Source of the DNA: a virus
Lineage: Duplodnaviria; Caudoviricetes
Reading direction: 5' to 3' (one strand)
Virus record (IMG/VR): IMGVR_UViG_3300037761_000250
Coordinates: 15,279-79,278 of that record
DNA length: 64,000 nt
Within the stretch, counting starts at the first letter, position 1; every line of letters begins with the position of its first letter. Below are positions 28,450 to 39,272 of this stretch, one piece after another. The notes beneath the pieces were generated by a model that saw nothing but the letters and a program-made list of their open reading frames with translations, searched no databases and was not told the DNA's origin. The position numbers and the translations under genes are program-made.

Positions 28450-31280
28450 GCTTTCTCCTGATATTTTTTCTTTTCAATTTCGATGGCATCAATCCATCGA
28501 AGTCGGGAGGCGACATTCACCATGATATCCATGGCCCGATCATAGAATTCCAAATCTGGAATGCGTTTGTCATCAATAACAACCTTCAATATACTTCGTA
28601 GTTCCTGAGACATTTTCCTCTTAAACTCTTTGCTTGACAATGCTATCTCCTTCTAATTTTCTTTTGTCGATCCCCCTTAGCTGTAAAGAAAAGGAACGAC
28701 CCGACAAATACTAAGACTGCTAACATAGCAAAAGTTATTGAATTCATTACACATCTTCTACAAAGTAGTAGTTGGTAGTGCGTTCTACCATGTATACTTG
28801 ATAATCTACATTGGAATCTTCGGAAGCTTGCTTAGCAACAACCTCTGCCTCTTCCTTAGAATTGTAAACATTTGGCTCTGATGTCCAGAACATTTTGTGC
28901 TCTGTACCAAAGTCTGCCATTCTACCATACACATAGAATCGGGCACGGTATTGTTTGGCTATCTTCTTTTTACTATCCTTGAATTCCATCGTTGTCATGT
29001 TTTTCCTTCTTGGGCCGAGGCTAATTCGTTGATTGATTTAAGCATTTCTCTCTTCTCGGCTTCCAGCTTGTCCAGATTAATTCCATGAAACTCCGCAAGA
29101 ACCTCATTGATATTACGCCGATCGCGTACCCAGTCCTCGTGGTGGTGTGTTATTTCATACTCGTGCTTGCCTTTACATACTTTGCAAGTACACCGTTCTT
29201 TAGTCAACTCGGTGTAGTGAGTACAAAAGTCGCATACTCTCTGAGTAGTTTCGTCCCACTCTTCGAACTTCATTCGTTGTACGCCCTGGCTGGACAGCCA
29301 TTCGAGCAATTCACCTTGTGCTTGACTAATTTCCATAATTACTTGCAGATTGTCATGCTCAGGATATTTACTACTTTGCATGTTTCCTACTACTCCATTC
29401 ACCAAGTAACTGCTCAAATGGTACATGATACCAATTAACCCCGTCATTGGAGTTCATTAGGATAATACCATACTTGTCATAGACCCAATCGAGAAACTCG
29501 GTAATTGCTTTAGATTGTTCAGATGGTAAATGATATTTACTCATTTAAGTTCCTATTTTCGGTATATAGCCCGTGTCTATAAGCCACCGCTGAATCACTT
29601 TACTGTCGTAGGTACCCGTCAGCCAGAGCACCAAATTTACAAATTCCTCTCGTTTGTGGTCTGGTAAGCTGTCAGCAATCGAGCTGAGAGTTTCATACAG
29701 CTCTTTCCTAGTCATGAGCGTTCACCAACCGGAAGCATCATCCGCCAATCGACGGGTTCCCGCTCGACGGCCTCGGTCGTGATGGCGCCGTCTAGGATGA
29801 CGCTCTGCTTCTTCAAGACCTTTCGTCCTGACTCGCACAGAGCCTTCTGACGGGCTACTGCACGCTCTCGGCGCTCTGCTTTCCGCCACCGTGCTCCATA
29901 TGGCCCGTGGCCACTTGGATGATAGTTTGGACTATTTCGTCCAAGCTCTTCTGCTTTAGTCTTTACTGTCATTTTTCATTCCTCTCTTTTTTCGTTATAG
30001 AAAAAGGACACTTGTTACGGTGTCCTTATGGCAGACTACGCCGCTACTATGAAGCGTACACGTAGCCCGTGCGTTTTTCCGACCACAGCCCGTCGTATGA
30101 AGCCTATACTACCATGTCCGTTACCATGATCGCCATTAGCAATTCTCCCATGGCCAAACACAGGCAACGTGAAGAGGCAGCCAAATGACGAATGTTGTCC
30201 ACAGTGCAGCAACGGTAACCCATAGCCACATCACGTTCTTACGTCGAGGCTCTATGCCTAACCATTTTCTCAATGGACCGGTGTAAGGTCCACGATTTCT
30301 AAGTCCAATGGTCTGAGCCACAGCAAAAACTGCCAATGGAATTACCGTGAATAGAATCCAGAATAGTTCGCTAGGCATTATCCTCCTCCCCATCGTGCCT
30401 TGACTTGATTATGTCACTTAGGAGTTTGACATTTTCGTCGTCTAGTTCATTTCCATAATCATCAAGTACAGTTACTTCGTTATCCATCTCGAAATGCTGA
30501 AAATCGTCGTCGTTGCCATCTAGTCCCAATGGAACTGCCTCGATATTCTCGATGAAATTAGAAATAACGTCACGATTATCCAAGTCCCGCTCGTAGGCTA
30601 CTGCCTCAACTAAGGTTTCTGCTATGTCGTTAGGGTAATAGTTCTTATCGTATGGAACTTCACTGATAACCGTGATGGTGGTTTTTACTCGAATCTTAGG
30701 CATCTAGCTTAGTTCCAATCCTTTGATTGTACCTAGCTGGCTTTAGCCGACTGTTTACTGCCAACTTACGTGATTGGCGCCAACGCTTGAACATTCGCGT
30801 TAGCTCCCAATCGGTGTATTCCTTGGAATGCTCAAGGTACCACCAGCGATCGTAGCTAGTGCCATTGAACATGGCCGGAATCGTCTTGGTCATAGTGCTA
30901 TCGATCTCCCTTTGTTAGGTTTTGGAAAGAACCATCCCTTATTCGACATCCGGGTAGTCTCCAATTTGAGCGTTGTAGATATTGTAGGGGCAGGTATGCC
31001 ACTCGCACCTGATTGCGCCGTCATTGTCATACAGTCTGTAAGTGTTGCCAGCGTGAATGTGGTGGCCCTTTACTGTGCTCCGCCTACGAATCTCAGTGCC
31101 TGCACGCAGAATTGCGTTTGCCATCCTAGTACAACTCATCAGATACCGGTGGTCACAATTGCAACCCTCACGATTGTGGATCTCGGTTGCCAAGGTAATT
31201 AGCTCAGTATCATCCATAATTTTTCCTCCTCGTATTCGACTAAGTAACCAACTGGGTGGTTGGGAAAAATTCCCAACCAC
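28446..31280 (-). CDS. Cluster of small hypothetical genes (28446-28640, 28747-28998, 28995-29447, 29712-29972, 30136-30393 membrane, 30371-30703, 30696-30893, about 30939-31220)
   Basis: Packed minus-strand ORFs. Confidence 0.5.
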
Positions 31281-31303
31281 CCTATTGGCAACTTACTCGT
31301 GGT

Positions 31304-31966
31304 TCACTCGTCGTCGGCAATTTCCTCTTCCTGGCTGGAAACCCACTCCGCGTAAGCTTCCTTGGCATCCTGCCAGGTCTTGCCAACCTCTTCAAGCAAT
31401 TCACCGTACCGCTTAACCTGCTTTTCCAGCTTCGCCAACCGACTGTGAGCCTTGCCAGCTCGCAGGACCCGGGCTTCGATCTGGTTGGCATCGAGCGGCC
31501 CCCGGCCAGTTCCCTCTCCGCGCTCCGGCCGGGCGTCCCAGGCCGCCATGGCGGCCTCCAGAGGGAGGACTACGCCCCCACGCACCTCAGTGCCGCTCGG
31601 CAAAACCAGCTGAGCCGAAGGGATGGTGTGGCGCTTTGCCTGAGTGGAAATATAAACCAACTGCTCAGGCACCATGTCATTTTCGGTAGGCGTCTGCCCA
31701 TTTTCGATTCGATTCTGGAAATTCCGCTGAGTCATCGTGAACGCGAAAGTCTTCACGCTCACGTAACCTGCTGGAATTTCCGAAACGTCCTGGACGGTAA
31801 TCTTGGGACGCTCCACGTCGGGAAGCTTGCGGGCACCCCGGCGCTTGCTGGTTTCCTCGACCTCTGTGGTCTCGGTCTCGGTGTTGACCTGCTCGGTCTC
31901 GGCGGCTTCCACCTGATTGGCAGTCTCCACCAGGTCATCGAACAGACCCGTGCTGGTGTTACTCAT
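31304..31966 (-). CDS. Acidic N-terminal, helical C-terminal hypothetical protein (GC-rich gene)
   Basis: 220 aa; RBS AGGAGA; directly downstream of a strong promoter. Confidence 0.75.
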   Translation of the reverse strand: MSNTSTGLFDDLVETANQVEAAETEQVNTETETTEVEETSKRRGARKLPDVERPKITVQDVSEIPAGYVSVKTFAFTMTQRNFQNRIENGQTPTENDMVPEQLVYISTQAKRHTIPSAQLVLPSGTEVRGGVVLPLEAAMAAWDARPERGEGTGRGPLDANQIEARVLRAGKAHSRLAKLEKQVKRYGELLEEVGKTWQDAKEAYAEWVSSQEEEIADDE

Positions 31967-32023
31967 GATCCATAATCTCCTAGCTTGTAGTTGGGTTGCT
32001 ACCCGTTCGTGCTTGTCCGTTCC

Positions 32024-32052
32024 AGGATAGCAAAACCTCGCTCGGGTGTCAA
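32024..32052 (-). promoter_or_regulatory. Sigma70/HrdB-type promoter with palindrome over the -35
   Basis: TTGACA-17 bp-TATCCT; GCTCGGG/CCCGAGC arms (32040-32062) flank the -35. Confidence 0.7.
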
Positions 32053-32575
32053 CTTCCCGAGCAAGATTTTTCTACACCGGTTGTCCATTCAAACTTTTGT
32101 GCTACTGTTTGTCCGTGATACCGACAAATCGGACATGGCTGCCCGCAGCTCAAGAATCGCGTTCAACGCGCCGGTATATGCGCGTAACGTTCTGACCGCT
32201 TGCGCCTTGCTGGTGCCTAGCAGCCTAGGAAATAGGGTGTCGTTGTAACTTCCGTCTGAATTTTTTGACCAGTAGCCAAAAAATACCATCTTCCTCAACT
32301 ACTGAAACTCGGTCGGTAACAAACCCAAGCCTATTTGCCATTTTGATGAATGTATCGAATGCATCTAAGGCTTGCTCATTCTGCAAGCTAAACCACACTC
32401 GCTTCGACACGCGTAATTGTGTGCCATGGGTGAATGTATTTAGTTCTCTTACTTATTAGAACCAAACCGTATGATTCAAACCTGTAACTATTGAACACGT
32501 AATCTGGTCCAATAAACATAGGTGATTGGTCCACATCTCTGTTTTCATTTGCCCATGATATGGTTAGGCTGGTTG

Positions 32576-32917
32576 TCATTGCGCAGTGAACCTCTTTTCC
32601 AAGGTTCGATATCGAGCCCAGGCACCCGCTCCGGTATACCCGACCATGGCTGAGATATCTTGCCAAGTCAATCCATCACTTCTAGCATCTCGAATCAAAT
32701 GGTACTCTTGGGTATCGGTCAAAGTACCCTTGAATCGCTTGGCATAAGATGGGAACAATGATCTGGTCCGGTACGACTTCGACTTACGTTGCATCTCACT
32801 TCCATTCTTTAGGGTTAGCGCCGGATTTTGTAGCCATCCATTAGCTTTTGTTCCGACCTTAGCGATAATATCCTCGGATAACCGCCGTTTGTGTCCGCGT
32901 GTGGAATCGAACCACAC
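32576..32917 (-). CDS. HTH-containing hypothetical protein
   Basis: ARSDGLTWQDISAMVGYTGAGAWARY; start uncertain. Confidence 0.5.
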   Translation of the reverse strand: MWFDSTRGHKRRLSEDIIAKVGTKANGWLQNPALTLKNGSEMQRKSKSYRTRSLFPSYAKRFKGTLTDTQEYHLIRDARSDGLTWQDISAMVGYTGAGAWARYRTLEKRFTAQ

Positions 32918-32995
32918 CCACCCTGCCCAACCGTATTAGAGCGGTTGAATGCTGGGCTACGCTAAAAGTAGTATTACCTTCCAGCACGGACAAGA

Positions 32996-33400
32996 CTACC
33001 AATTTCCATTCTCAACTCTCGAATCTAGAACTGCTGGAATATAAAATTCATCCGAAAGGTACAACCAACCACCGATCAATTCTGTGGATGGTGCTAGACT
33101 GTTAACTACGGAACATGTTCGTACGTAGGTAGCTCCCGAGGAGATGAAATCGTCAACGAATAGCCAACGATTTCCTACTTTACCCTCTAGACCAGCTTTA
33201 CTATGAGACGAGTCATTCGGCTTACGGACTACTGCAAACATTCTATGGCTGGCGGTTGCCATTAGTGCAGCCGCAATCGACCCACTGATACCCGTACCAA
33301 TTAAGGTATCATGGTCTGGCAAATTTGCCTGCAAATAACTCTCAATTATTTTTTGAGGGTTATCAAATAACCGTGTACTATAATGGTAGCTATTATACAT
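32996..33400 (-). CDS. Type I phosphoribosyltransferase-like protein
   Basis: LIGTGISGSIAA and the PRPP-binding motif WLFVDDFISSGAT; start moved to ATG 33400. Confidence 0.8.
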   Translation of the reverse strand: MYNSYHYSTRLFDNPQKIIESYLQANLPDHDTLIGTGISGSIAAALMATASHRMFAVVRKPNDSSHSKAGLEGKVGNRWLFVDDFISSGATYVRTCSVVNSLAPSTELIGGWLYLSDEFYIPAVLDSRVENGNW

Positions 33401-33476
33401 AATTTCACCTCCTGTTCGGTGTTTGTCTGATATTACAATACCGAACAAGTCCATGGACTTGTCCGGTATTCTCGCA

Positions 33477-33878
33477 TCAGGCAGCGCCAAAATAGAGGTC
33501 CCGGTCGTGGTTACCAGGACCGTGCCAGCGGGTCATACCGTCAAGCTGGTGGGGGTGGAATGGCGCCCACAGTGTCGGATTGACCCGGAGGTACTCTCTC
33601 ATTTCGTGGGTGTCGATCTCGATGATCCGCTCAGCCACGAAACGATATAGGGAAATATCATCGCAGTTTGGTCCGATCATGATATAGAAAGCCGCGTAGG
33701 GCAAATTATCCTGATCATAACCGGCGCGGGCAGCTTGCCGTGATGTTTCCTGGGCCGGATAGTCGATTCGAAGTCGAATCGCATTCTCATGCCGGTTGGT
33801 TGCATCCTCGGCAGTTATTTTCCAACCAGGCTTGTAAATCAGCTGGTTTACAAGCTGGATGGCACTCTCTACCAACAT
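33477..33878 (-). CDS. Hypothetical protein
   Basis: 133 aa with RBS AGGAGA; C-terminal HEMREYLRV..PFHPH. Confidence 0.7.
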   Translation of the reverse strand: MLVESAIQLVNQLIYKPGWKITAEDATNRHENAIRLRIDYPAQETSRQAARAGYDQDNLPYAAFYIMIGPNCDDISLYRFVAERIIEIDTHEMREYLRVNPTLWAPFHPHQLDGMTRWHGPGNHDRDLYFGAA

Positions 33879-33965
33879 TCTTTCTCCTGTCCGTTTGTCC
33901 GTTTAGCTGATACTACAATACCATGGACAGCTAATGCTGTCCATGATATTCTCGCATCGGATTGT

Positions 33966-35016
33966 TCACGTCTGGTAGCCAGCGGTACGCATGAACTTTT
34001 CCCGGTCGAAGTGGTCGTTGAACTGACCTACCGCATAGGCGAGCCGACTGGTGACGTAATCGATTGCTACCAACTCGGCAGGATCGGTGAAAGCCACCCG
34101 CGTTTCGGCAATCGCATCGGCAATTGCCTGAAAGTGCTTTCTGGTCATCGTTTTTCTCCTTTCATATTCCGTATTCGTCCCGTAATTCCATCCAAAACAG
34201 GACGTCACTGAACCGAATAATTTGCATTCTCCGGTTACGTTTTCTGTAACCACGTCCGTCGTAAACCCACTTACGCTGTAAGAATCCGCAATGGACGCCT
34301 TCCCAGATCAGGTTTGTGCAGGTCTTAGGCACGACATCACCGGCTGCCATCATCCGGCGCACAATTGGTCTTTGATCATGCCAATCCTCATCCTGCAATT
34401 CTTGCAAAACCACGGTCCAAGCTGCACCCAATCGTAAACTAAGTAATGGAAAACGGTCCGGTGACAACGGGTGGAAGCCTCTAGGCAATCCTTCACTTGT
34501 TAACCTGACTTTCCTACTGATCGCTGCCACTAGCGGCTCTTGTGTTTCCGGTCAAGAATTCTTTGACAATTCTTGAGCGAACTACTCACTGCCACTTTCA
34601 TGCAAATACAGATAGCGGCGACTGTGAAGTCGCCGATATTTTTGTATTCCATGGTTTTCAAGTCCCGACGACTGTCCTTGGTACACTCCATAGTTTTCCC
34701 TTTCTAAACTATGTGGTCAGACGTTCATAGCGGAATTTGGAGAGTTCCAAATACTACTAAAATCGTCTGTTCGTTAGTCCGGCTGGGACATCCATTCTCT
34801 GTATTCGGCATCGGTTCCGTACATTATCAGTGTGTCTCCAATGGCTTGTTTAGAGACGATATCTGGTTGTGCCTGATACCATCTATCGGCACCGAATGTG
34901 CAGGTTGGCATAGCTGTCATCCATTGAATGTATTCAAACATTTCTCCGGTGATACCGCAAGTCATACACACGGTACCGTCATTCTCGGAAACCCATTTGT
35001 GGGACATATAAGTCAT
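33966..35016 (-). CDS. Small hypothetical genes (33966-34148, 34162-34530, 34774-35016)
   Basis: RBS-supported starts for the first and last. Confidence 0.55.
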
Positions 35017-35075
35017 GTTTCTCCTTTTTACTCTTCACTTTTTTACAAAAACATGAAGAATCTATAAGGCTAACT

Positions 35076-35614
35076 AATCGATGATCTTGAACTAGCTATC
35101 TTCAAGGTCATCGATGAGACACCCCCCTCTGACCTGCGAGTATGCGGTGAATCTACGCGATCTGCTTTATTAGTAAATGAGAATCGATGATCTTGAACTA
35201 GCTATCTTAAAGATCATCTATGTGTCACCCCTTCTGACCTGCTCATATTCGGTGAATCCACGTGATCTGCTTTATTAGTAAATGAGAATTGACCACTGTC
35301 GATCACTACTTGATCTACTAGATCAGTGGTCGTCGATTCTACGTGATCTGCTTTATTCGTAAATGAGAATGCCCTGGTCAGAGCGTTTTTGATCTCATTT
35401 ACCTCTTAGAATGAAAATGAGAATTTGCAAGATCAAAATACCTCCTGAGCTGCACATTCTCATTTTCTCTTATCTATGAGCGGATCACGTATATTTGATG
35501 GTTGTCAATTCTCATTTACTAATATAGCAGATCACGTAGATTTGCCGAGTATGCGCAGGTCAGACCCGGTGTTCCATCGACGATCTTGAAGATAGATAGT
35601 TCAAGATCATCGAT
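35076..35614. repeat. About 106-bp repeat cluster (2 tandem, 1 partial, 1 inverted copy); candidate origin or packaging region
   Basis: Units 35076-35181, 35182-35286, partial 35337-35370 and inverted 35508-35614. Confidence 0.9.
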
Positions 35615-35945
35615 GACCCGAGTGACTTTTTGCCCATTCTCCGCAAAAATCTATGCGGAGTATTGATTGAGGAGCTTTTTCTAGGTTAAATAGTCTAGAA
35701 ATTGCCCGTTCCACTGACATTTCTTGCGATTGCCAGTGTCTGCCTTGTATTTGTCTATCTACTATTACCCATAGCGTTCCGGTTTTTAACCGGATGCGCA
35801 TTGACGAACTAACCCGCTGAGTAAGTGACCTGGTTATTGTGGTCACTCTATTGTGGGTTGTGTTTTTGTCTGTGGGTTGCAACAGGATTTCGTAGACGAC
35901 ATCGAGATCTTTGGTCAACTGACGAAAGGTCGCCAAATGTTGCAT
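35607..35945 (-). CDS. Hypothetical protein (112 aa)
   Basis: Start moved to ATG 35945 (AAGGTA RBS); the upstream part of the track ORF is low-complexity. Confidence 0.5.
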   Translation of the reverse strand: MQHLATFRQLTKDLDVVYEILLQPTDKNTTHNRVTTITRSLTQRVSSSMRIRLKTGTLWVIVDRQIQGRHWQSQEMSVERAISRLFNLEKAPQSILRIDFCGEWAKSHSGHR

Positions 35946-36621
35946 TACCTTTTCTTGTCCACAAGTTGGACAAGCGTAACAGCCACAACGCCAAAAATTG
36001 TTTTTGGTTGTTGGACAGACTTTCTTTTCTTTCACTTTTTCCTTTTCTTTCCTTTCCTTTTTCCTTTCCTTTTTCCAATTCACCCGTAGGGGTAAAGAAA
36101 TTAGAGGAAATAGGAAAATTGGGAAAATTAGGAAAATTGGGAAAAATAAAGGTGGTGCGCGACTAGAAACCACCCGCCGTGACCGGGGCATTTTAAGTCC
36201 CCTCCACATCCGCTGTGAAAACCGAATCTAGCCGCTATAGAGTTGTCAAACGGTGTTGCTGGGATCGATGACTACTTGCCTATGGATGGTTTGGTTAGCG
36301 TTAGCGCCATTGTTGGTAGAGGGATATCCTGCTCGTTGCCACTCTGGGCAAGTCCACACTAGGAATCCGGATATACCGACGTAACGGTTGCCAATTCCAC
36401 TTACACTCTAAGGCTATGCAGTTGTCGATCTTTTCCGCCCTATCCCGTACTGTTCGGGCGGAGTAATCGTGGCCTGTTTGTATTCCCGGTGGTTTCTCAA
36501 GCCACCTTTGGTACGGGACCACGTTGTTAGGACAGTCAGACCTAACCTGACCGTACAATCCGCTCACTTACACTTACCCCTTATGGGCATCGGTGGGTGA
36601 ACATTTGTAGTATCCCAACTA

Positions 36622-36696
36622 GGGAATACGGTGGGAGTCGAACCCGTTATTACTGCCCGAACAGTGTAGCTTTAGCCACCCCGGGAACCGTATCCC
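36622..36696 (-). ncRNA. Degenerate tRNA-like element
   Basis: 75 nt; GGATACG/CGTATTC acceptor-like pairing and GGG-TTCGACT-CCC T loop; non-canonical D and anticodon arms. Confidence 0.45.
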
Positions 36697-36965
36697 GTTA
36701 CTCATGCTAGCGTTAACTCTATCCTAGGTTAGAGCCTGACCCGAGTAACTAAGCCAGTCTTCCGAGTAACTCTCACTACATTATCCGGAAGCTCAGTTGT
36801 CGTTGTGCCGTTTCTCCGTAAGCTTGGTATCCTTGGCACGCCACGGGCCTTCACGTTTTGCGCGTTCGGTGCCCGGAACGTTCCGCTTGATAAGCTTGCG
36901 GTTGTCGGCGTTCAGCCTACGCTTCATGCTAGCTCCGTTCGTTTTCAGTTGTGCTTGCGATTGCC

Positions 36966-36995
36966 AGTCTAGTTGGCTTCCGTCTGGACTGTCAA
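36966..36995 (-). promoter_or_regulatory. HrdB-type promoter
   Basis: TTGACA-18 bp-TAGACT upstream of a 44 aa ORF (36793-36927); GTCAAC-AGG-GTTGAC palindrome at the -35. Confidence 0.65.
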
Positions 36996-37319
36996 CCCTG
37001 TTGACCGGTTTTCTTTATTTTGGAAAAATGAACAATTGGGACATTTTGCTGTACTGTAACGATCATGGCCAGCACAGCGGAAACCCCTCTCAGCGCCACG
37101 CTGACGGGTTGGAAATTCAGACCCTACCAGGGGTAGGGGTTTGGCTTGTGCGTCCGTCAGGTTGCGGTAGGTCGGTCCGCTGGTGCTCTGCCTGCCCGCA
37201 ACGCGAGCACCATAGCTTGCCACCGTGCTGGCGCGCCATCTCTTCCTCTCCGGTGAACGGACAGAACACAATTGCGAACTCTTGCCGATGAATTTTCATA
37301 TTTCCACCTTTTTGTTTGT

Positions 37320-37659
37320 TTATACCACTATATGGTGACTCGCCACGGATGTACAGTTTTTACAGGCTACTGCCGATAAAGTCGATAACCTTAGTTTGGA
37401 ACAGTTTGATTGCTCTGTTCCAATTGTGCGTATAGGTGCCATTGATCCATCCGCCGCAACTGAGCGATTCTTCCGTTATGGTGGCAACTACGTACTTTGT
37501 AGGTGCTTGTGTCCAGTGGTCTGGATAGATTTCTACCAGAATGACGCCAATTGTCGGACCCGTGTAGGAATGAATCACTGTGTACCCATTGAGGGTACTT
37601 GGGATTTTTAGCATGACTTGTCCGTTTCTATGTGGGCAAGTCACCATATAGTGGTATAA
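37320..37659. repeat. Cassette 1: 21/21-bp inverted repeat enclosing gene 37360-37614
   Basis: TTATACCACTATATGGTGACT (37320-37340) and its exact reverse complement (37639-37659). Confidence 0.95.
37360..37614 (-). CDS. Small hypothetical protein (paralog of 38453-38698)
   Basis: MLKIPSTLNGYTV..GPTIGVIL; start moved to ATG 37614. Confidence 0.7.
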   Translation of the reverse strand: MLKIPSTLNGYTVIHSYTGPTIGVILVEIYPDHWTQAPTKYVVATITEESLSCGGWINGTYTHNWNRAIKLFQTKVIDFIGSSL

Positions 37660-37664
37660 CACTT

Positions 37665-38139
37665 AATTGTCTAGGCATGTGCCTACTTGTCCGGAATTGT
37701 GCTAGTTGCGAGGATAGACCATTTCGCACTTTTCGCACTCTACTGTGCGGGTTTGTGCAACTGTGTCCAGATCCTCATCATTCACGTACATCATCCCGGA
37801 AACCCACGAATGAAGGCATTCGTCCGGATAATCTGGAATGTCCGGATCGTCTGGATAGCTGTTTCTGTCCTCATAGTCCATTTCGAGGAAACTGTCCAGT
37901 TCGTACATTTTGCTACTTCCTGTCCAGATAGAGAACATTGTCACCGATTACCACAAATGACTGACCGGTACCGTTTCCCTGGATTTGCGCATTCCATGCG
38001 CAAAAGCCCGGACTGTCCTCAGTTGGGCAGGATGGGGCAATTGCGAACAGAATCGCAATTAGGAAGTTTAAGAAAAATTCCATGGTTTGTACCTCTCTGT
38101 CCGTTTTGTGTGGACAAGTAGGCGCAAACCTAGACAATT
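37665..38139. repeat. Cassette 2: 25/28-bp inverted repeat enclosing genes 37702-37908 and 37913-38083
   Basis: AATTGTCTAGGCATGTGCCTACTTGTCC (37665-37692) and GGACAAGTAGGCGCAAACCTAGACAATT (38112-38139). Confidence 0.93.
37702..38083 (-). CDS. Two small genes: acidic Cys/His protein (37702-37908) and putative secreted peptide (37913-38083)
   Basis: MYELDSFLEMDYED...; MEFFLNFLIAILFAIAPSCP... (signal-like) with RBS GAGG. Confidence 0.65.
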
Positions 38140-38142
38140 CTA

Positions 38143-38745
38143 GATGAATCCGGACATATGCTGCCATGTCCAATTTGTCTTAAAGGATCTGATCTTTCCG
38201 AACTAGGTAGGTTCTGTGTGAATTGACCGATTCGACTAGGTATCGGTCAATTGGGATGACAAATCCATTGTGGTACTGTTCGTACGGCTTTGCGTCGAGT
38301 ATCACCTTCACCCGAATTGGGATCAATGCGTCATCTAGCATGACTTCGACCGTATCCTGGATATTTGTGCCGTAATAATCGGTTCCGTACTTTTCGCTGC
38401 ATTCGCGGCAATAGCGCGGATCGTGGTCGTGTGTCCTAGTTGTCATGATTTGTCAGTCCGTCAACAGATTCGCGTGGAGTAGATTGGAAAGTCTGGTATG
38501 GAACCTAGTGCGTGCGATGATGTATCTGTCCGTAAACTCACAGTCGCCCAATTCGTCCCGTTCGAGACTTTTTATTGAAATGTTCCCCACGACCCATTCG
38601 TCCTTATCCTCATTGGATGCGAGGATAATACCAAATACGGGGGTAACATATGCCATGTGCACTTTGTACCCTTGGATACTATCCGGAACCTTTAGCATGA
38701 TTTGTCCATTCTGTTAGGACATAGCAGCATATGACCGGATTCATC
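38143..38745. repeat. Cassette 3: 27/29-bp inverted repeat enclosing genes 38180-38446 and 38453-38698
   Basis: GATGAATCCGGACATATGCTGCCATGTCC (38143-38171) and GGACATAGCAGCATATGACCGGATTCATC (38717-38745). Confidence 0.95.
38180..38698 (-). CDS. Two small hypothetical genes (38180-38446, 38453-38698)
   Basis: ORF track; both lie exactly inside cassette 3. Confidence 0.7.
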
Positions 38746-38747
38746 GT

Positions 38748-39270
38748 GACTTATACCGTTATAAAGTGACTCGCCTGGATTGCCTCAGATGTGGACGTTG
38801 TGCCGTTCGCGTAGTACGTCCCCATTGAGCAGAAGGTACTTTTCGCTCCATGTGCGATCAATGTACTCATTGGCCAGATTGATCGAATCGTTGTACTTTG
38901 CCCCAAGAACCTTGGAAACGACCATTCCGTCCGTAGTTCTGTGGAATGCTCCATTTTCGGAGGTAAGTGCGCATGGCCAGGCTTCGACCATAATGCCCAC
39001 AATGCCTTCACTTGGGACGATAAGGACGTCTCCGTCCTTAATGCCGTCTTCGACCTGAGTTAGGTTATATGCGTCTCTTGACCCATATGCGAAGATATGC
39101 ACCTTTGGTGCGTATTGTGCTTCTTGTGCGATTCGTACTTCTCCGACGGTTAGGTCCGTTCTGCAACTTCCGTCACAGTTAGACAGGTTATCCACGCATT
39201 TGTCGGAATTGTTCATGATGATCCCTTTGTCCGTTTTGACTAAGCGAGTCACCATATAACGGTATAAGTC
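38748..39270. repeat. Cassette 4: 25/27-bp inverted repeat enclosing gene 38785-39216
   Basis: GACTTATACCGTTATAAAGTGACTCGC (38748-38774) and GCGAGTCACCATATAACGGTATAAGTC (39244-39270). Confidence 0.95.
38785..39216 (-). CDS. Hypothetical protein (143 aa)
   Basis: Start moved to ATG 39216 after an ACGGACAAAGGG leader. Confidence 0.7.
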   Translation of the reverse strand: MNNSDKCVDNLSNCDGSCRTDLTVGEVRIAQEAQYAPKVHIFAYGSRDAYNLTQVEDGIKDGDVLIVPSEGIVGIMVEAWPCALTSENGAFHRTTDGMVVSKVLGAKYNDSINLANEYIDRTWSEKYLLLNGDVLRERHNVHI

Positions 39271-39272
39271 TA

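Noticed and set aside
34540-34770. Hairpin-rich stretch as a possible ncRNA
   Set aside because: A small minus-strand ORF with an RBS may occupy it, and the hairpins could be terminators or operators; the evidence is insufficient.
35076-35614. CRISPR array or mini-array
   Set aside because: Units are about 106 bp, include an inverted copy and have no unique spacers; no cas genes are present. The PD-(D/E)XK gene is an ordinary phage exonuclease.
35607-36231. Long low-complexity ORFs (KKERKK/FLFPF-rich) on both strands
   Set aside because: They are translations of the purine/pyrimidine tract; only the part from ATG 35945 looks like a gene.
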